A stretch of DNA of 63,773 nt, filler included, from Octopus bimaculoides (Eukaryota), in assembly GCF_001194135.2 (NCBI RefSeq). It is 6 parts of 5 records of this genome, joined end to end, with 100 filler letters (N's around TTAATTAATTAA, not from the genome) between each part and the next. Parts side by side here need not be neighbours in the genome. Positions count along the whole stretch, not along the records: positions 1 to 17,122 come from NC_068991.1; 5 more parts are not named here. One strand, given 5' to 3'. The notes under the pieces were generated by a model. The model did not search any database. It saw nothing but the letters and a program-made list of their open reading frames with translations, and had not been told where the DNA came from. Each line of letters starts with the position of its first letter. The stretch's first letter is position 1. Made by a program: the position numbers and the translations under genes. This document shows, piece after piece, positions 1 to 11,830 of the stretch.

Positions 1-619
1 CATTAAGACTAATATACGCATATGCGCACACACTCGCACAAAGAAACGCACTCGCATTCAAGTATACATACAAGAACATTTCTACATATACACGTATATA
101 TTATGTACGTAAATGTTATGTACATATATATATATATATGTGTGTGTGTGTAAGTATGTATTCATGTATATATGCATGTATGTATGTATTATACATGTAT
201 CTAACTAAGTATGTAAGTACATATGTATGTGTGCACATATGTAAACATAAAAAGTCATAAAATTTAAATGTATCACAGCGGATATTGTTTTCTGTGACCG
301 GAAGTAAAACTAAAAGAAAACAAAAAAAACAAAAGAAAACAAAACATAACGTGAACTGTTGTTTAAGCTATTCACAGCCCCAGGGTAGGCAAATTTTCAT
401 CCACTGTGCAGCGACAAAAAGAGGTTGTTTATAGATAAATAAATCTGTGATCTCTATTCTCTGATTCATATTCTTTGATGACCTCTGATTAAAAGATGTC
501 TCCACATTAACCTTTAGAAAATTCAAACATGAACATATAGACAAATACGCACACAAACACATACATACACACACACATACATACATACAAATATATATAC
601 ATATATATATATATATATA
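1..619. repeat. Compound TA/TG/CATA low-complexity microsatellite region
   Basis: Runs of tata, tgtg and catacata ending at an N-gap. Confidence 0.75.
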
Positions 620-1098
620 NNNNNNNNNNNNNNNNNNNNNNNNNNNNNNNNNNNNNNNNNNNNNNNNNNNNNNNNNNNNNNNNNNNNNNNNNNNNNNNNN
701 NNNNNNNNNNNNNNNNNNNNNNNNNNNNNNNNNNNNNNNNNNNNNNNNNNNNNNNNNNNNNNNNNNNNNNNNNNNNNNNNNNNNNNNNNNNNNNNNNNNN
801 NNNNNNNNNNNNNNNNNNNNNNNNNNNNNNNNNNNNNNNNNNNNNNNNNNNNNNNNNNNNNNNNNNNNNNNNNNNNNNNNNNNNNNNNNNNNNNNNNNNN
901 NNNNNNNNNNNNNNNNNNNNNNNNNNNNNNNNNNNNNNNNNNNNNNNNNNNNNNNNNNNNNNNNNNNNNNNNNNNNNNNNNNNNNNNNNNNNNNNNNNNN
1001 NNNNNNNNNNNNNNNNNNNNNNNNNNNNNNNNNNNNNNNNNNNNNNNNNNNNNNNNNNNNNNNNNNNNNNNNNNNNNNNNNNNNNNNNNNNNNNNNNN

Positions 1099-1170
1099 TT
1101 ATGCGCCCTTTTAAAGTTTAGCCAGGCTCGTGGGCCCGGTTTCTAGGGCGTATGTGTTTTCGCTCAATAA
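1099..1170 (-). mobile_element. SINE family B, 3' tail fragment
   Basis: Reverse complement (gaaaacacatacgccctagaaaccgggcccacgagcctggctaaactttaaaaagggcgcataa) matches the 3' end of the SINE-B copy at 16786-17108. Confidence 0.8.
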
Positions 1171-1192
1171 ATACTCCTCCATTGCGCCTCCA

Positions 1193-1223
<31 letters not shown>

Positions 1224-1759
1224 CGTGTGGGTGGGTGGGTGTTTGTGTGTGGGGGTGTATGTGTATGTGTGTGCATGTGTAAGAAAGCAAAAGGACTGCG
1301 TGGCCTTATAAAAATGCCAACGAAATCTCCTACTTTGACTTAAAACAAAAATAGATTAATACTACACATTGAGTAAATATAGTCCGAGGTGCACAATGTT
1401 TGAAAATAGACGAGATGATCATTGATCTGCTCGTTTAAGTCTGACCTGGGGCTAAACAACATGTTCACGAACAAGTTATTGAAAAGTAAATTTTATAAGA
1501 AAAAAAAATTCCAAGAAAAGTGAAAAAAGCAAATAAAAGTCATGATTAATTTAAATCAAGAAGATTCTAATCTATAAATGGAATATTGAAAATATTCCAA
1601 AGTCTTTTGGATTTTTAAAAAAATTCTTCATGTGATTCCAGCAGATGAGCTTTGCCATTATTTTTATGTGACATTAACATTTTTTTGTTGTTGTTCAGGA
1701 TGAAACATAAATATGGAATAACGGACATATGTACTCACAGACAGACATTTACATACACA

Positions 1760-1780
1760 CACACACCCATAGCAAGTCTT

Positions 1781-1830
<50 letters not shown>

Positions 1831-2150
1831 ACACACTCCCATATACAGTCTTACACACAGATAGATAGATGAATATGCGTCTATGTATATATGTATATAT
1901 ATATATATATACGTACGTATGTATGTATGTGTGTGTATATGTGCGTGTGCGTGTGTGTGTCTGTGTGTGTGCGTGTCTGTGTATATGTATGATCATGTAT
2001 TCATGCATCGTTAGATTATTATCGTAACCATAGATATACATGCATGAATATAGAGCTATGTAAATATTTATATGGATATATATCTATTTATAGTATATGT
2101 GCGCATACGTGAGCGTGTGTGTGTGTGTGCGTGTGTGTGCGCGTGTGTGA
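1760..2150. repeat. Compound (CA)n/(TA)n/(TG)n microsatellite cluster
   Basis: Direct reading; source of the spurious HTHT/VCVC ORFs. Confidence 0.85.
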
Positions 2151-2286
2151 CACCAATGTTTTCGTCACAACTATTCGCTGAAAGTGCTTTACAACTCAAT
2201 AGAAATTACATGGAGCTATAATCATCATCATCGTAGTACATAAGGGAAATGATGAATCTCGAATATAGAATGTATGCGTATATCTT

Positions 2287-2332
2287 TCTCGAACGTGCAC
2301 GTTTTTGCGGCTACTTGCCTCTTCAGTCGAAG
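2287..2332 (-). ncRNA. Degenerate type I hammerhead-ribozyme-like motif
   Basis: Minus strand reads TTCGA-CTGAAGA-GGC AAGTA GCC-GCAAAA-ACGTGCACGT-TCGAG. It has an intact CUGANGA core, a 3-bp stem II, a palindromic stem III and stem I UCGA/UCGA. The GAAA box carries an insertion and the cleavage-site nucleotide appears lost. Confidence 0.45.
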
Positions 2333-2377
2333 CTTTCTCTTCATAGCAGCTGGTCACTTGGTGTCAAAAAATAATTA

Positions 2378-2535
2378 GTGGCTGTGTGGTAAGTAGCTTG
2401 CTTACGAACCACATAGTTCCGGGTTCAGTCCCACTGCGTGGCATCTTGGGCAAGTGTCTTCTACTATAGCCTCAGGTCAACCAAAGCCTTGTGAGTGGAT
2501 TTGGTAGACGGAAACTGAAAGAAGCCCGTCGTATA

Positions 2536-2566
<31 letters not shown>

Positions 2567-3032
2567 NNNNNNNNNNNNNNNNNNNNNNNNNNNNNNNNNN
2601 NNNNNNNNNNNNNNNNNNNNNNNNNNNNNNNNNNNNNNNNNNNNNNNNNNNNNNNNNNNNNNNNNNNNNNNNNNNNNNNNNNNNNNNNNNNNNNNNNNNN
2701 NNNNNNNNNNNNNNNNNNNNNNNNNNNNNNNNNNNNNNNNNNNNNNNNNNNNNNNNNNNNNNNNNNNNNNNNNNNNNNNNNNNTGTGTGTGTGTGTGTGT
2801 ATGTGCGTGTGTGTTTGTGTGTCTGTGTTTGTCCCCCCAACATCGCTTGACAACCGATGCTGGTTGGTGTTTTTAGGTTTCCGTAACTTAGCGGTTCGGC
2901 AAAAGTGACCGATAGAATAAGTACTAGGCTTATAAAAGAATAAGTCCTGGGGTCGATTTGCTCGACTAAAGGCGGTGCTCCAGCATGGCCACAGTCAAAT
3001 GACTGAAACAAGTAAAGGAGTAAAAGAGAGTA
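2378..3032 (+). mobile_element. SINE family A (tRNA-derived head, internal microsatellite, GTAAAAGA-type tail)
   Basis: A-box-like GGCTGTGTGGTAAG and B-box-like GGGTTCAGTCC; internal (TA)n/(TG)n spanning a gap; tail shared with many copies in the window. Confidence 0.9.
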
Positions 3033-3304
3033 AGTTGAAACAGACCTCCATTTATGTACAACCGAAGAAATATGATTCGGGCCGCCACGTCAAAACGGTA
3101 GAGGAGTAGGGGCCGAAACCGGACGTGGTTCCTCCTGATGATGTCTTGAGCTAACTGGATCCTATAAAGGAACTGTTGTGGTAGCAGACCACGAAAGATG
3201 GTTGAAATTCCTTCCTATACGTATAGATCTATATATATACATAAACATATGTATATATGCATATATATATATATACTATATATATATAATTTTTTTATGA
3301 TGCT

Positions 3305-3730
3305 TCACCCCACGGTTACGACGACGAAGGTTCTAGTTGATCCGATCAAGGGAGCAGCCTGCTCGTGAAATTAACGTGTAAGTGGCTGAGCACTCCGCAG
3401 ACACGTGTACTCTTAACGTAGTTCTCGGGGATATTCAGCGTGACACAGAGTGTGACATGGCTTGCCCTTTGAATTACAACAGAAACAAGAAGAAAGAGTG
3501 AGAGAAAGTTGTGTTGAAAGAGTACAACAGGGTTCACCACCAGCCTCTGCCGTGGTGGAATGATAGAGCAAAAAGGGCACAAGGTGGAATGATAGAGCAA
3601 AAGGGGCACAAGGAGCAGCTTTAAGTGTTTTCGCTCAATAAACAATCATAAGACTTGGTCTGGGAATCGAAACCGCGATCCTACGACGGCAAGTCCGCTT
3701 CCCTGACCGCTGGGCTATTGCACCTCCACT
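3305..3730 (-). mobile_element. SINE family B (tRNA-derived), with a 29-bp internal tandem duplication at 3554-3611
   Basis: Homologous to 46108-46480; the head matches the 16786 copy. Confidence 0.85.
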
Positions 3731-4546
3731 GTATGTATATATAAGTATATTATAGATAGATAGATAGATAGATATAGATATGTGCGTGTGTGTGTATATA
3801 TATACATATANNNNNNNNNNNNNNNNNNNNNNNNNNNNNNNNNNNNNNNNNNNNNNNNNNNNNNNNNNNNNNNNNNNNNNNNNNNNNNNNNNNNNNNNNN
3901 NNNNNNNNNNNNNNNNNNNNNNNNNNNNNNNNNNNNNNNNNNNNNNNNNNNNNNNNNNNNNNNNNNNNNNNNNNNNNNNNNNNNNNNNNNNNNNNNNNNN
4001 NNNNNNNNNNNNNNNNNNNNNNNNNNNNNNNNNNNNNNNNNNNNNNNNNNNNNNNNNNNNNNNNNNNNNNNNNNNNNNNNNNNNNNNNNNNNNNNNNNNN
4101 NNNNNNNNNNNNNNNNNNNNNNNNNNNNNNNNNNNNNNNNNNNNNNNNNNNNNNNNNNNNNNNNNNNNNNNNNNNNNNNNNNNNNNNNNNNNNNNNNNNN
4201 NNNNNNNNNNNNNNNNNNNNNNNNNNNNNNNNNNNNNNNNNNNNNNNNNNNNNNNNNNNNNNNNNNNNNNNNNNNNNNNNNNNNNNNNNNNNNNNNNNNN
4301 NNNNNNNNNNNNNNNNNNNNNNNNNNNNNNNNNNNNNNNNNNNNNNNNNNNNNNNNNNNNNNNNNNNNNNNNNNNNNNNNNNNNNNNNNNNNNNNNNNNN
4401 NNNNNNNNNNNNNNNNNNNNNNNNNNNNNNNNNNNNNNNNNNNNNNNNNNNNNNNNNNNNNNNNNNNNNNNNNNNNNNNNNNNNNNNNNNNNNNNNNNNN
4501 NNNNNNNNNNNNNNNNNNNNNNNNNNNNNNNNNNNNNNNNNNNNNN

Positions 4547-4599
<53 letters not shown>

Positions 4600-4819
4600 T
4601 GTGTGTGTGTGTAGTATATAGCCATGCCCCATTTGTGTTCTAACTGAGCAGCTTTCACCCCTACAGTTACCCTAAAGCAAGTTTTACTCCACACAAAACT
4701 AACCCTAACTCACTCCTGCTGATTGGATTTTACGCTGGAACAGGCTTGCAAGCTACTTTTAGGTCCAGCACCCATTCTCTGGGCCTGTGCACACACATGC
4801 AGAAAAGCATATATACAAC

Positions 4820-4912
4820 TAGATAGATAGATAGATAGATAGACAGATAGATGGATAGATAGATAGCTAGATAGATAGATAGATAGAAAGAAATAGATAT
4901 ATATATATATAT

Positions 4913-4950
<38 letters not shown>
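4820..4950. repeat. (GATA)n microsatellite
   Basis: Direct reading. Confidence 0.9.
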
Positions 4951-4951
<1 letters not shown>

Positions 4952-5082
4952 TGTATTTGTAGCTGAAGGAAATAGAAGAAAAGGAAAACAGGAAAAGTTT
5001 ACGTTTTTCCTAACACATGATTTTCCGATTCACTGCGTTTTATAAGTATGTGTGNNNNNNNNNNNNNNNNNNNNNNNNNNNN

Positions 5083-5250
5083 ATATATGGGAGAATATAC
5101 AAAAAATAACAACAGACGAGGACAGGTGGTGTAAATAACAAAAGTATATATTAGTATGACGCTCGGGAATACGGAAAGTCTTTGACGTTTCGAGCTACGC
5201 TCTTCAACAGAAAGAATACGGAGACAAGGAGAAAAACACGGAGAAAAAAA
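5083..5250 (-). mobile_element. Short TA-flanked repeat with a hammerhead-like core (possible Penelope-like pseudo-LTR remnant)
   Basis: Homologous to 7838-7940 and 16420-16530; minus strand contains TCTTT-CTGTTGAAGAGCGTAGCTCGAAACGTC-AAAGA. Confidence 0.5.
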
Positions 5251-5308
5251 ATTGAATAGTGTTATAGATATAGATATATATATACATATACATATGTGGA
5301 CATGCTCT

Positions 5309-5342
<34 letters not shown>

Positions 5343-5813
5343 TATAGCGAAACCATAATGATATCGGTTTGGCAGCTGATGATGCAGTGTATACGTTTGT
5401 TGTGCAATTATTTTTATAGGTTTTTTTATCGTGAATTTTTTATATGCTGCTTCTCCCAATGGTTTCTGGGTTGTTCCGTATTGAGAATCTGTTTCGGATA
5501 AGAGTAAGAATTACTAAGGGAATTTGAGGTGCACATACAGACAGATACACACACACAAACATATTATACCTATATGTATATTGATGTATGTTTATATACA
5601 TGTATATATGATTCATATGTATATCTGATATTGATGTATGCATGTATATATGATTCACATACCGGTACTTTTGAATGCGACAGGTTTTCTGTTTCCTTTT
5701 ATAAAAACTGTCAGATTTAGCTCGATCACTCTGTATGCAGAGAGAGAGAGAGAGAGAGAAAAGAGAGGGAAAGAGAGAATTAGAAAGACAGGCAGACAGT
5801 TTGATTTATGGAT

Positions 5814-5983
5814 ATGGGCGTAGGTGTAGCTGTGAGTTAAGTAGCTTGCTTGCCAGCTACATAGATCCAGGTTCAGTCCCACTGTGTAATACATTGGGCA
5901 AGTGTTTTCTACTATAGCCTCGGGTCCACCAAAGCCTTGTGAGTGGATTTGGTAGACAGAAACTGAAAGACGCCCGTCGTATA
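5814..5983 (+). mobile_element. SINE family A, 5' half
   Basis: Matches the head of 2378-3032. Confidence 0.85.
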
Positions 5984-6005
5984 TNNNNNNNNNNATTATA
6001 TACAT

Positions 6006-6056
<51 letters not shown>

Positions 6057-6695
6057 TCATTTACATATATTCGCATTATATACACATGTTTGTAAGCATT
6101 TATGTATGCAAATAGGCAAGCGTATATGTATGCATGTACGAGCACGTATAAGTTGATTGTCCAAAAACAGGTGTTAGCCGCACCCAATCGGAATGGTAAC
6201 AAGTAAACTGACACCAATGGTCAAAAGGAAGTTCTCACTATTAAAATGTCGCATTTATATGTCTGCTCGTGCGATGACCAGTCCATTGTAACGGGTTACG
6301 ATGACATCTGAAGTGGCTGTGGGCGTCAAAACAAGTAGTTTCTTTTATCATCATTTATGTATGAATGTCTCATAATTGCGAATGTGTCGCTGTGTACCTC
6401 CTTATGACTGCGCCTTTGTGAACGTATACACCAATGAAAACAAAAATACGTGCATATATGAGTGTGTGTGTGTATACATGCATATATACGTATACATGTA
6501 TATATATGTATGAATAAATGTGTTTCGTATGGTTTTGATGTATATGTGTATGTAGGTGTGTGTGTGTGTGTGTGTTTACTTCATTCACAAAAAAAATTAT
6601 TATTATAATTCGTTTAGTCAAATGTCATAAATCCTATGATATTTTCATACAAAAATATCACCATCTGTTTAAACTTTGCTTCACTATACACCTAC

Positions 6696-6733
<38 letters not shown>

Positions 6734-7668
6734 TTACATTCATATATATATATATATNNNNNNNNNNNNNNNNNNNNNNNNNNNNNNNNNNNNNNNNNNN
6801 NNNNNNNNNNNNNNNNNNNNNNNNNNNNNNNNNNNNNNNNNNNNNNNNNNNNNNNNNNNNNNNNNNNNNNNNNNNNNNNNNNNNNNNNNNNNNNNNNNNN
6901 NNNNNNNNNNNNNNNNNNNNNNNNNNNNNNNNNNNNNNNNNNNNNNNNNNNNNNNNNNNNNNNNNNNNNNNNNNNNNNNNNNNNNNNNNNNNNNNNNNNN
7001 NNNNNNNNNNNNNNNNNNNNNNNNNNNNNNNNNNNNNNNNNNNNNNNNNNNNNNNNNNNNNNNNNNNNNNNNNNNNNNNNNNNNNNNNNNNNNNNNNNNN
7101 NNNNNNNNNNNNNNNNNNNNNNNNNNNNNNNNNNNNNNNNNNNNNNNNNNNNNNNNNNNNNNNNNNNNNNNNNNNNNNNNNNNNNNNNNNNNNNNNNNNN
7201 NNNNNNNNNNNNNNNNNNNNNNNNNNNNNNNNNNNNNNNNNNNNNNNNNNNNNNNNNNNNNNNNNNNNNNNNNNNNNNNNNNNNNNNNNNNNNNNNNNNN
7301 NNNNNNNNNNNNNNNNNNNNNNNNNNNNNNNNNNNNNNNNNNNNNNNNNNNNNNNNNNNNNNNNNNNNNNNNNNNNNNNNNNNNNNNNNNNNNNNNNNNN
7401 NNNNNNNNNNNNNNNNNNNNNNNNNNNNNNNNNNNNNNNNNNNNNNNNNNNNNNNNNNNNNNNNNNNNNNNNNNNNNNNNNNNNNNNNNNNNNNNNNNNN
7501 NNNNNNNNNNNNNNNNNNNNNNNNNNNNNNNNNNNNNNNNNNNNNNNNNNNNNNNNNNNNNNNNNNNNNNNNNNNNNNNNNNNNNNNNNNNNNNNNNNNN
7601 NNNNNNNNNNNNNNNNNNNNNNNNNNNNNNNNNNNNNNNNNNNNNNNNNNNNNNNNCGTGCGCACAAT

Positions 7669-7699
<31 letters not shown>

Positions 7700-7760
7700 G
7701 CATATACATATATATGTATATATATACATATACATATATATGTATATATATATGTGTGTC

Positions 7761-7837
<77 letters not shown>

Positions 7838-7843
<6 letters not shown>

Positions 7844-7940
7844 GGGAGAATTTACGAAAAAAACAACAGACGAAGACAGGTGGTGTAAACAACAAATGGA
7901 TGTATTAGTTTAACGCTCGGGAATACAGAAAATCTTTGAC
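7838..7940 (-). mobile_element. Second copy of the TA-flanked repeat (same family as 5083-5250)
   Basis: Shared atatatgggagaa...aacaacagacga.gacaggtggtgtaaa...acgctcgggaatac.gaaa.tctttgac. Confidence 0.75.
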
Positions 7941-8737
7941 ATATATATATATTCTAAGTGCAATCCCATCGCCCTTCATTAGCCAAAGGGGAGTGTCTCT
8001 TATACATATATATATATACAAGTAAAATCCAGGTGATCACCTCACAAGCACTTCTTGCAGGAGCCTGGCTACCATAGTGTTCGAATACCAGTGCAAGTGT
8101 TACTACGGTCAACTACTGAAATGGCACTTTTGGAACGCAAGACATGTACATCAAATAGTTATAATCTTCACAGAGTACATATCAAAAATTTCAGGTGAAA
8201 AACATACTTTTCGGTGAACAAAGGCCATTTATTGTGCATTACATCCTCAGTTATGCCATTTATGCAATAAATTTAATATTGATTCATTTCTTTACACATT
8301 ATAATTTGAACCATTATCAACTTAGATATAATCAAATTATACATATATAGAATTAAATAAATGACAAAAGCGAAAGGAAATTATATGAAGCATTTCTTTA
8401 GCTTACGGCTCTTTCTGCTACCAGGAGCTGTGCTATCAGGAGCTGTGCAATCAGGGCTGAGTGCATCTGTGTCAATTTATTGCTTCCACGGAGCNNNNNN
8501 NNNNNNNNNNNNNNNNNNNNNNNNNNNNNNNNNNNNNNNNNNNNNNNNNNNNNNNNNNNNNNNNNNNNNNNNNNNNNNNNNNNNNNNNNNNNNNNNNNNN
8601 NNNNNNNNNNNNNNNNNNNNNNNNNNNNNNNNNNNNNNNNNNNNNNNNNNNNNNNNNNNNNNNNNNNNNNNNNNNNNNNNNNNNNNNNNNNNNNNNNNNN
8701 NNNNNNNNNNNNNNNNNNNNNNNNNNNNNNNNNNNNT

Positions 8738-8860
8738 TTATTTTTTACTTGTCTCAGTCATTTGACTGCGGCCATGCTGGAGCACCGCCTTTAGTCGAGC
8801 AAATCGACCCCAGAGCTTATTCTTTGTAAGCCTAGTGCTTATTCTATCGGTTTCTTTAGT
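8738..8860 (-). mobile_element. SINE family A, 3' tail
   Basis: Reverse complement of the tail at 2920-3030. Confidence 0.85.
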
Positions 8861-9192
8861 CTTCTCAAAGCCAGAAAGGAGAAAGCTGATTCGAAGACTA
8901 CAGATCCAATCCATCACTGGAACTGTAAAAATCTGTAAAACTTTTCAGAAATTTATCATTTAAATATATATGAGCATGTCTAGGTATGCAACTATATGCA
9001 TGAGAATACATACATATAGCAAAACATACAAATCTGCACATACATACATACATATATACATACATAGAAACAAACAAAAATACCCTATTTTTGGTGTTGA
9101 AATTTCAGTGAAGGAGCCTTGGATCTAGGTTAGAAACCGCCTCTTTCTCTATTGGCCAGAAATCTTGAAATAAAACTGAACAATCACATACA
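8861..9192 (+). mobile_element. 3' end of an RLE-type (R4/Dong-like) non-LTR retrotransposon with CATA-rich 3' UTR and tail
   Basis: Encodes FSKPERRKLIRRLQIQSITGTVKICKTFQKFII*, homologous to 17747-17830 (-); 3' UTR matches 36395-36525. Confidence 0.7.
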
Positions 9193-9194
9193 TA

Positions 9195-9352
9195 TAAGAG
9201 GGAGTATTGAATAGTTTCTGGTTTTGCGTCAGAGAAAGTGCAAGAGGATCAGTTAATTAGGATTTTATTCAACATATTCTCCCCCACCTCAGATTCACAC
9301 AATTCTTGCAGCGGTCCGTCAGTTTTTCTAAGATTTAAAGAAGAACTCGGAA
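9195..9352. mobile_element. Degenerate mariner-derived MITE fragment
   Basis: Homologous to 16201-16410 (aagaggatc.gttaatta.gattttattcaacatattc). Confidence 0.65.
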
Positions 9353-9369
9353 GTCTTTTTGTGCATACA

Positions 9370-9432
9370 CAGTTGCATACGTTCATGCATATATACATAC
9401 ATAAATACTTATATACATACATACTTATATAC

Positions 9433-9463
<31 letters not shown>

Positions 9464-9680
9464 CATACATAGATTCATGCAAATACACGCACACATACAT
9501 ACATTCATACTTACATACATACATACATACATACTTGTATACATACATANNNNNNNNNNATACATACTTGTATACATACATACGCACTTACATACATGCA
9601 TACATACTTACGTACGTACGTACATACATACATACATACATACGTACGTACGTACATACATACACATCGACAGGCATACG
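9370..9680. repeat. (CATA)n/(TACG)n compound microsatellite
   Basis: Direct reading. Confidence 0.85.
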
Positions 9681-10394
9681 TGTATGGCGGCATCTGATAT
9701 TAGAGGCAGCAAGCTTCATCAGTGTTATGAATCATTGATGTAACAAAGCTTTATTAACATCCACATCTGTCCTCCACAAAATGAAACCGTCATCTCTGGA
9801 TATTGTAAGATGTTATTTCACATTGCACAATACGGTTGACATTGTTAACCCAACTTCCGGGAAGACACTGGCCCGTCAATTGCCCGACGGCCTGAAGAAG
9901 AGCTGGCTTTCTCTGTGTGNNNNNNNNNNNNNNNNNNNNNNNNNNNNNNNNNNNNNNNNNNNNNNNNNNNNNNNNNNNNNNNNNNNNNNNNNNNNNNNNN
10001 NNNNNNNNNNNNNNNNNNNNNNNNNNNNNNNNNNNNNNNNNNNNNNNNNNNNNNNNNNNNNNNNNNNNNNNNNNNNNNNNNNNNNNNNNNNNNNNNNNNN
10101 NNNNNNNNNNNNNNNNNNNNNNNNNNNNNNNNNNNNNNNNNNNNNNNNNNNNNNNNNNNNNNNNNNNNNNNNNNNNNNNNNNNNNNNNNNNNNNNNNNNN
10201 NNNNNNNNNNNNNNNNNNNNNNNNNNNNNNNNNNNNNNNNNNNNNNNNNNNNNNNNNNNNNNNNNNNNNNNNNNNNNNNNNNNNNNNNNNNNNNNNNNNN
10301 NNNNNNNNNNNNNNNNNNNNNNNNNNNNNNNNNNNNNNNNNNNNNNNNNNNNNNNNNNNNNNNNNNNNNNNNNNNNNNNNNNNNNNNNNNNNNN

Positions 10395-10440
<46 letters not shown>

Positions 10441-10542
10441 ATATATATATATGTATGTATATATGTATGTATTTTGTACGTATGTATGTATCGACTACCC
10501 ATAACATATCTTTATATTCCTCCCACACCTTTGTTTCATTCG

Positions 10543-10598
<56 letters not shown>

Positions 10599-10950
10599 CT
10601 ATCTCTCTCTCTCTCTTTCTCTTTCTATCTATCTATCTATCTGTCTATCTATCTTTCTATCTATCTTCCAAACCATCTAACCATCCATCCACCTGTCCGT
10701 CATCCATCCATCCATCTACTCCTCTTTCTTCCTCTACTTACTATCTACCTACCTACCTACCTACCTACCTACCTACCTACCTACCTATCTATCTATCTAT
10801 CTATCTATCTATCTGTCTGTGTGTCTTTCTATCTGTCTCATTCTCGTTATGTTCCCCCGAATATATACACAAACATATAGATAGACAGATAGAAACACAT
10901 AGATAGATAGAAAGATAGATAGATAAATAGATAGATAGATAAATTCATAG

Positions 10951-11013
<63 letters not shown>

Positions 11014-11156
11014 CATAGACAGACAGACAGACAGACAGACACTCACGAACGCGCAGAGACACGCGCGCGCACACACACGAACACATATGTCACCCGTAGT
11101 CACATTTAGTGACGATTGAACTTTTCCTCTATATATATATATATATATATATATAT
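10395..11156. repeat. Compound microsatellite block (TG, TC, TATC, CTAC, GATA, CATA, TA, GACA)
   Basis: Direct reading. Confidence 0.85.
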
Positions 11157-11704
11157 NNNNNNNNNNNNNNNNNNNNNNNNNNNNNNNNNNNNNNNNNNNN
11201 NNNNNNNNNNNNNNNNNNNNNNNNNNNNNNNNNNNNNNNNNNNNNNNNNNNNNNNNNNNNNNNNNNNNNNNNNNNNNNNNNNNNNNNNNNNNNNNNNNNN
11301 NNNNNNNNNNNNNNNNNNNNNNNNNNNNNNNNNNNNNNNNNNNNNNNNNNNNNNNNNNNNNNNNNNNNNNNNNNNNNNNNNNNNNNNNNNNNNNNNNNNN
11401 NNNNNNNNNNNNNNNNNNNNNNNNNNNNNNNNNNNNNNNNNNNNNNNNNNNNNNNNNNNNNNNNNNNNNNNNNNNNNNNNNNNNNNNNNNNNNNNNNNNN
11501 NNNNNNNNNNNNNNNNNNNNNNNNNNNNNNNNNNNNNNNNNNNNNNNNNNNNNNNNNNNNNNNNNNNNNNNNNNNNNNNNNNNNNNNNNNNNNNNNNNNN
11601 NNNNNNNNNNNNNNNNNNNNNNNNNNNNNNNNNNNNNNNNNNNNNNNNNNNNNNNNNNNNNNNNNNNNNNNNNNCTCCGTATAGGTTTGGCTATCAATCT
11701 ATAT

Positions 11705-11726
11705 ATCTATACCTATAGAGACAGAC

Positions 11727-11761
<35 letters not shown>

Positions 11762-11762
11762 C

Positions 11763-11826
<64 letters not shown>

Positions 11827-11830
11827 TCAT
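11705..11830. repeat. (GATA)n microsatellite
   Basis: Direct reading. Confidence 0.9.

Noticed and set aside
9885-9915. CTGAAGA hammerhead-like 5' core
   Set aside because: No GAAA/UH half before the microsatellite and gap.
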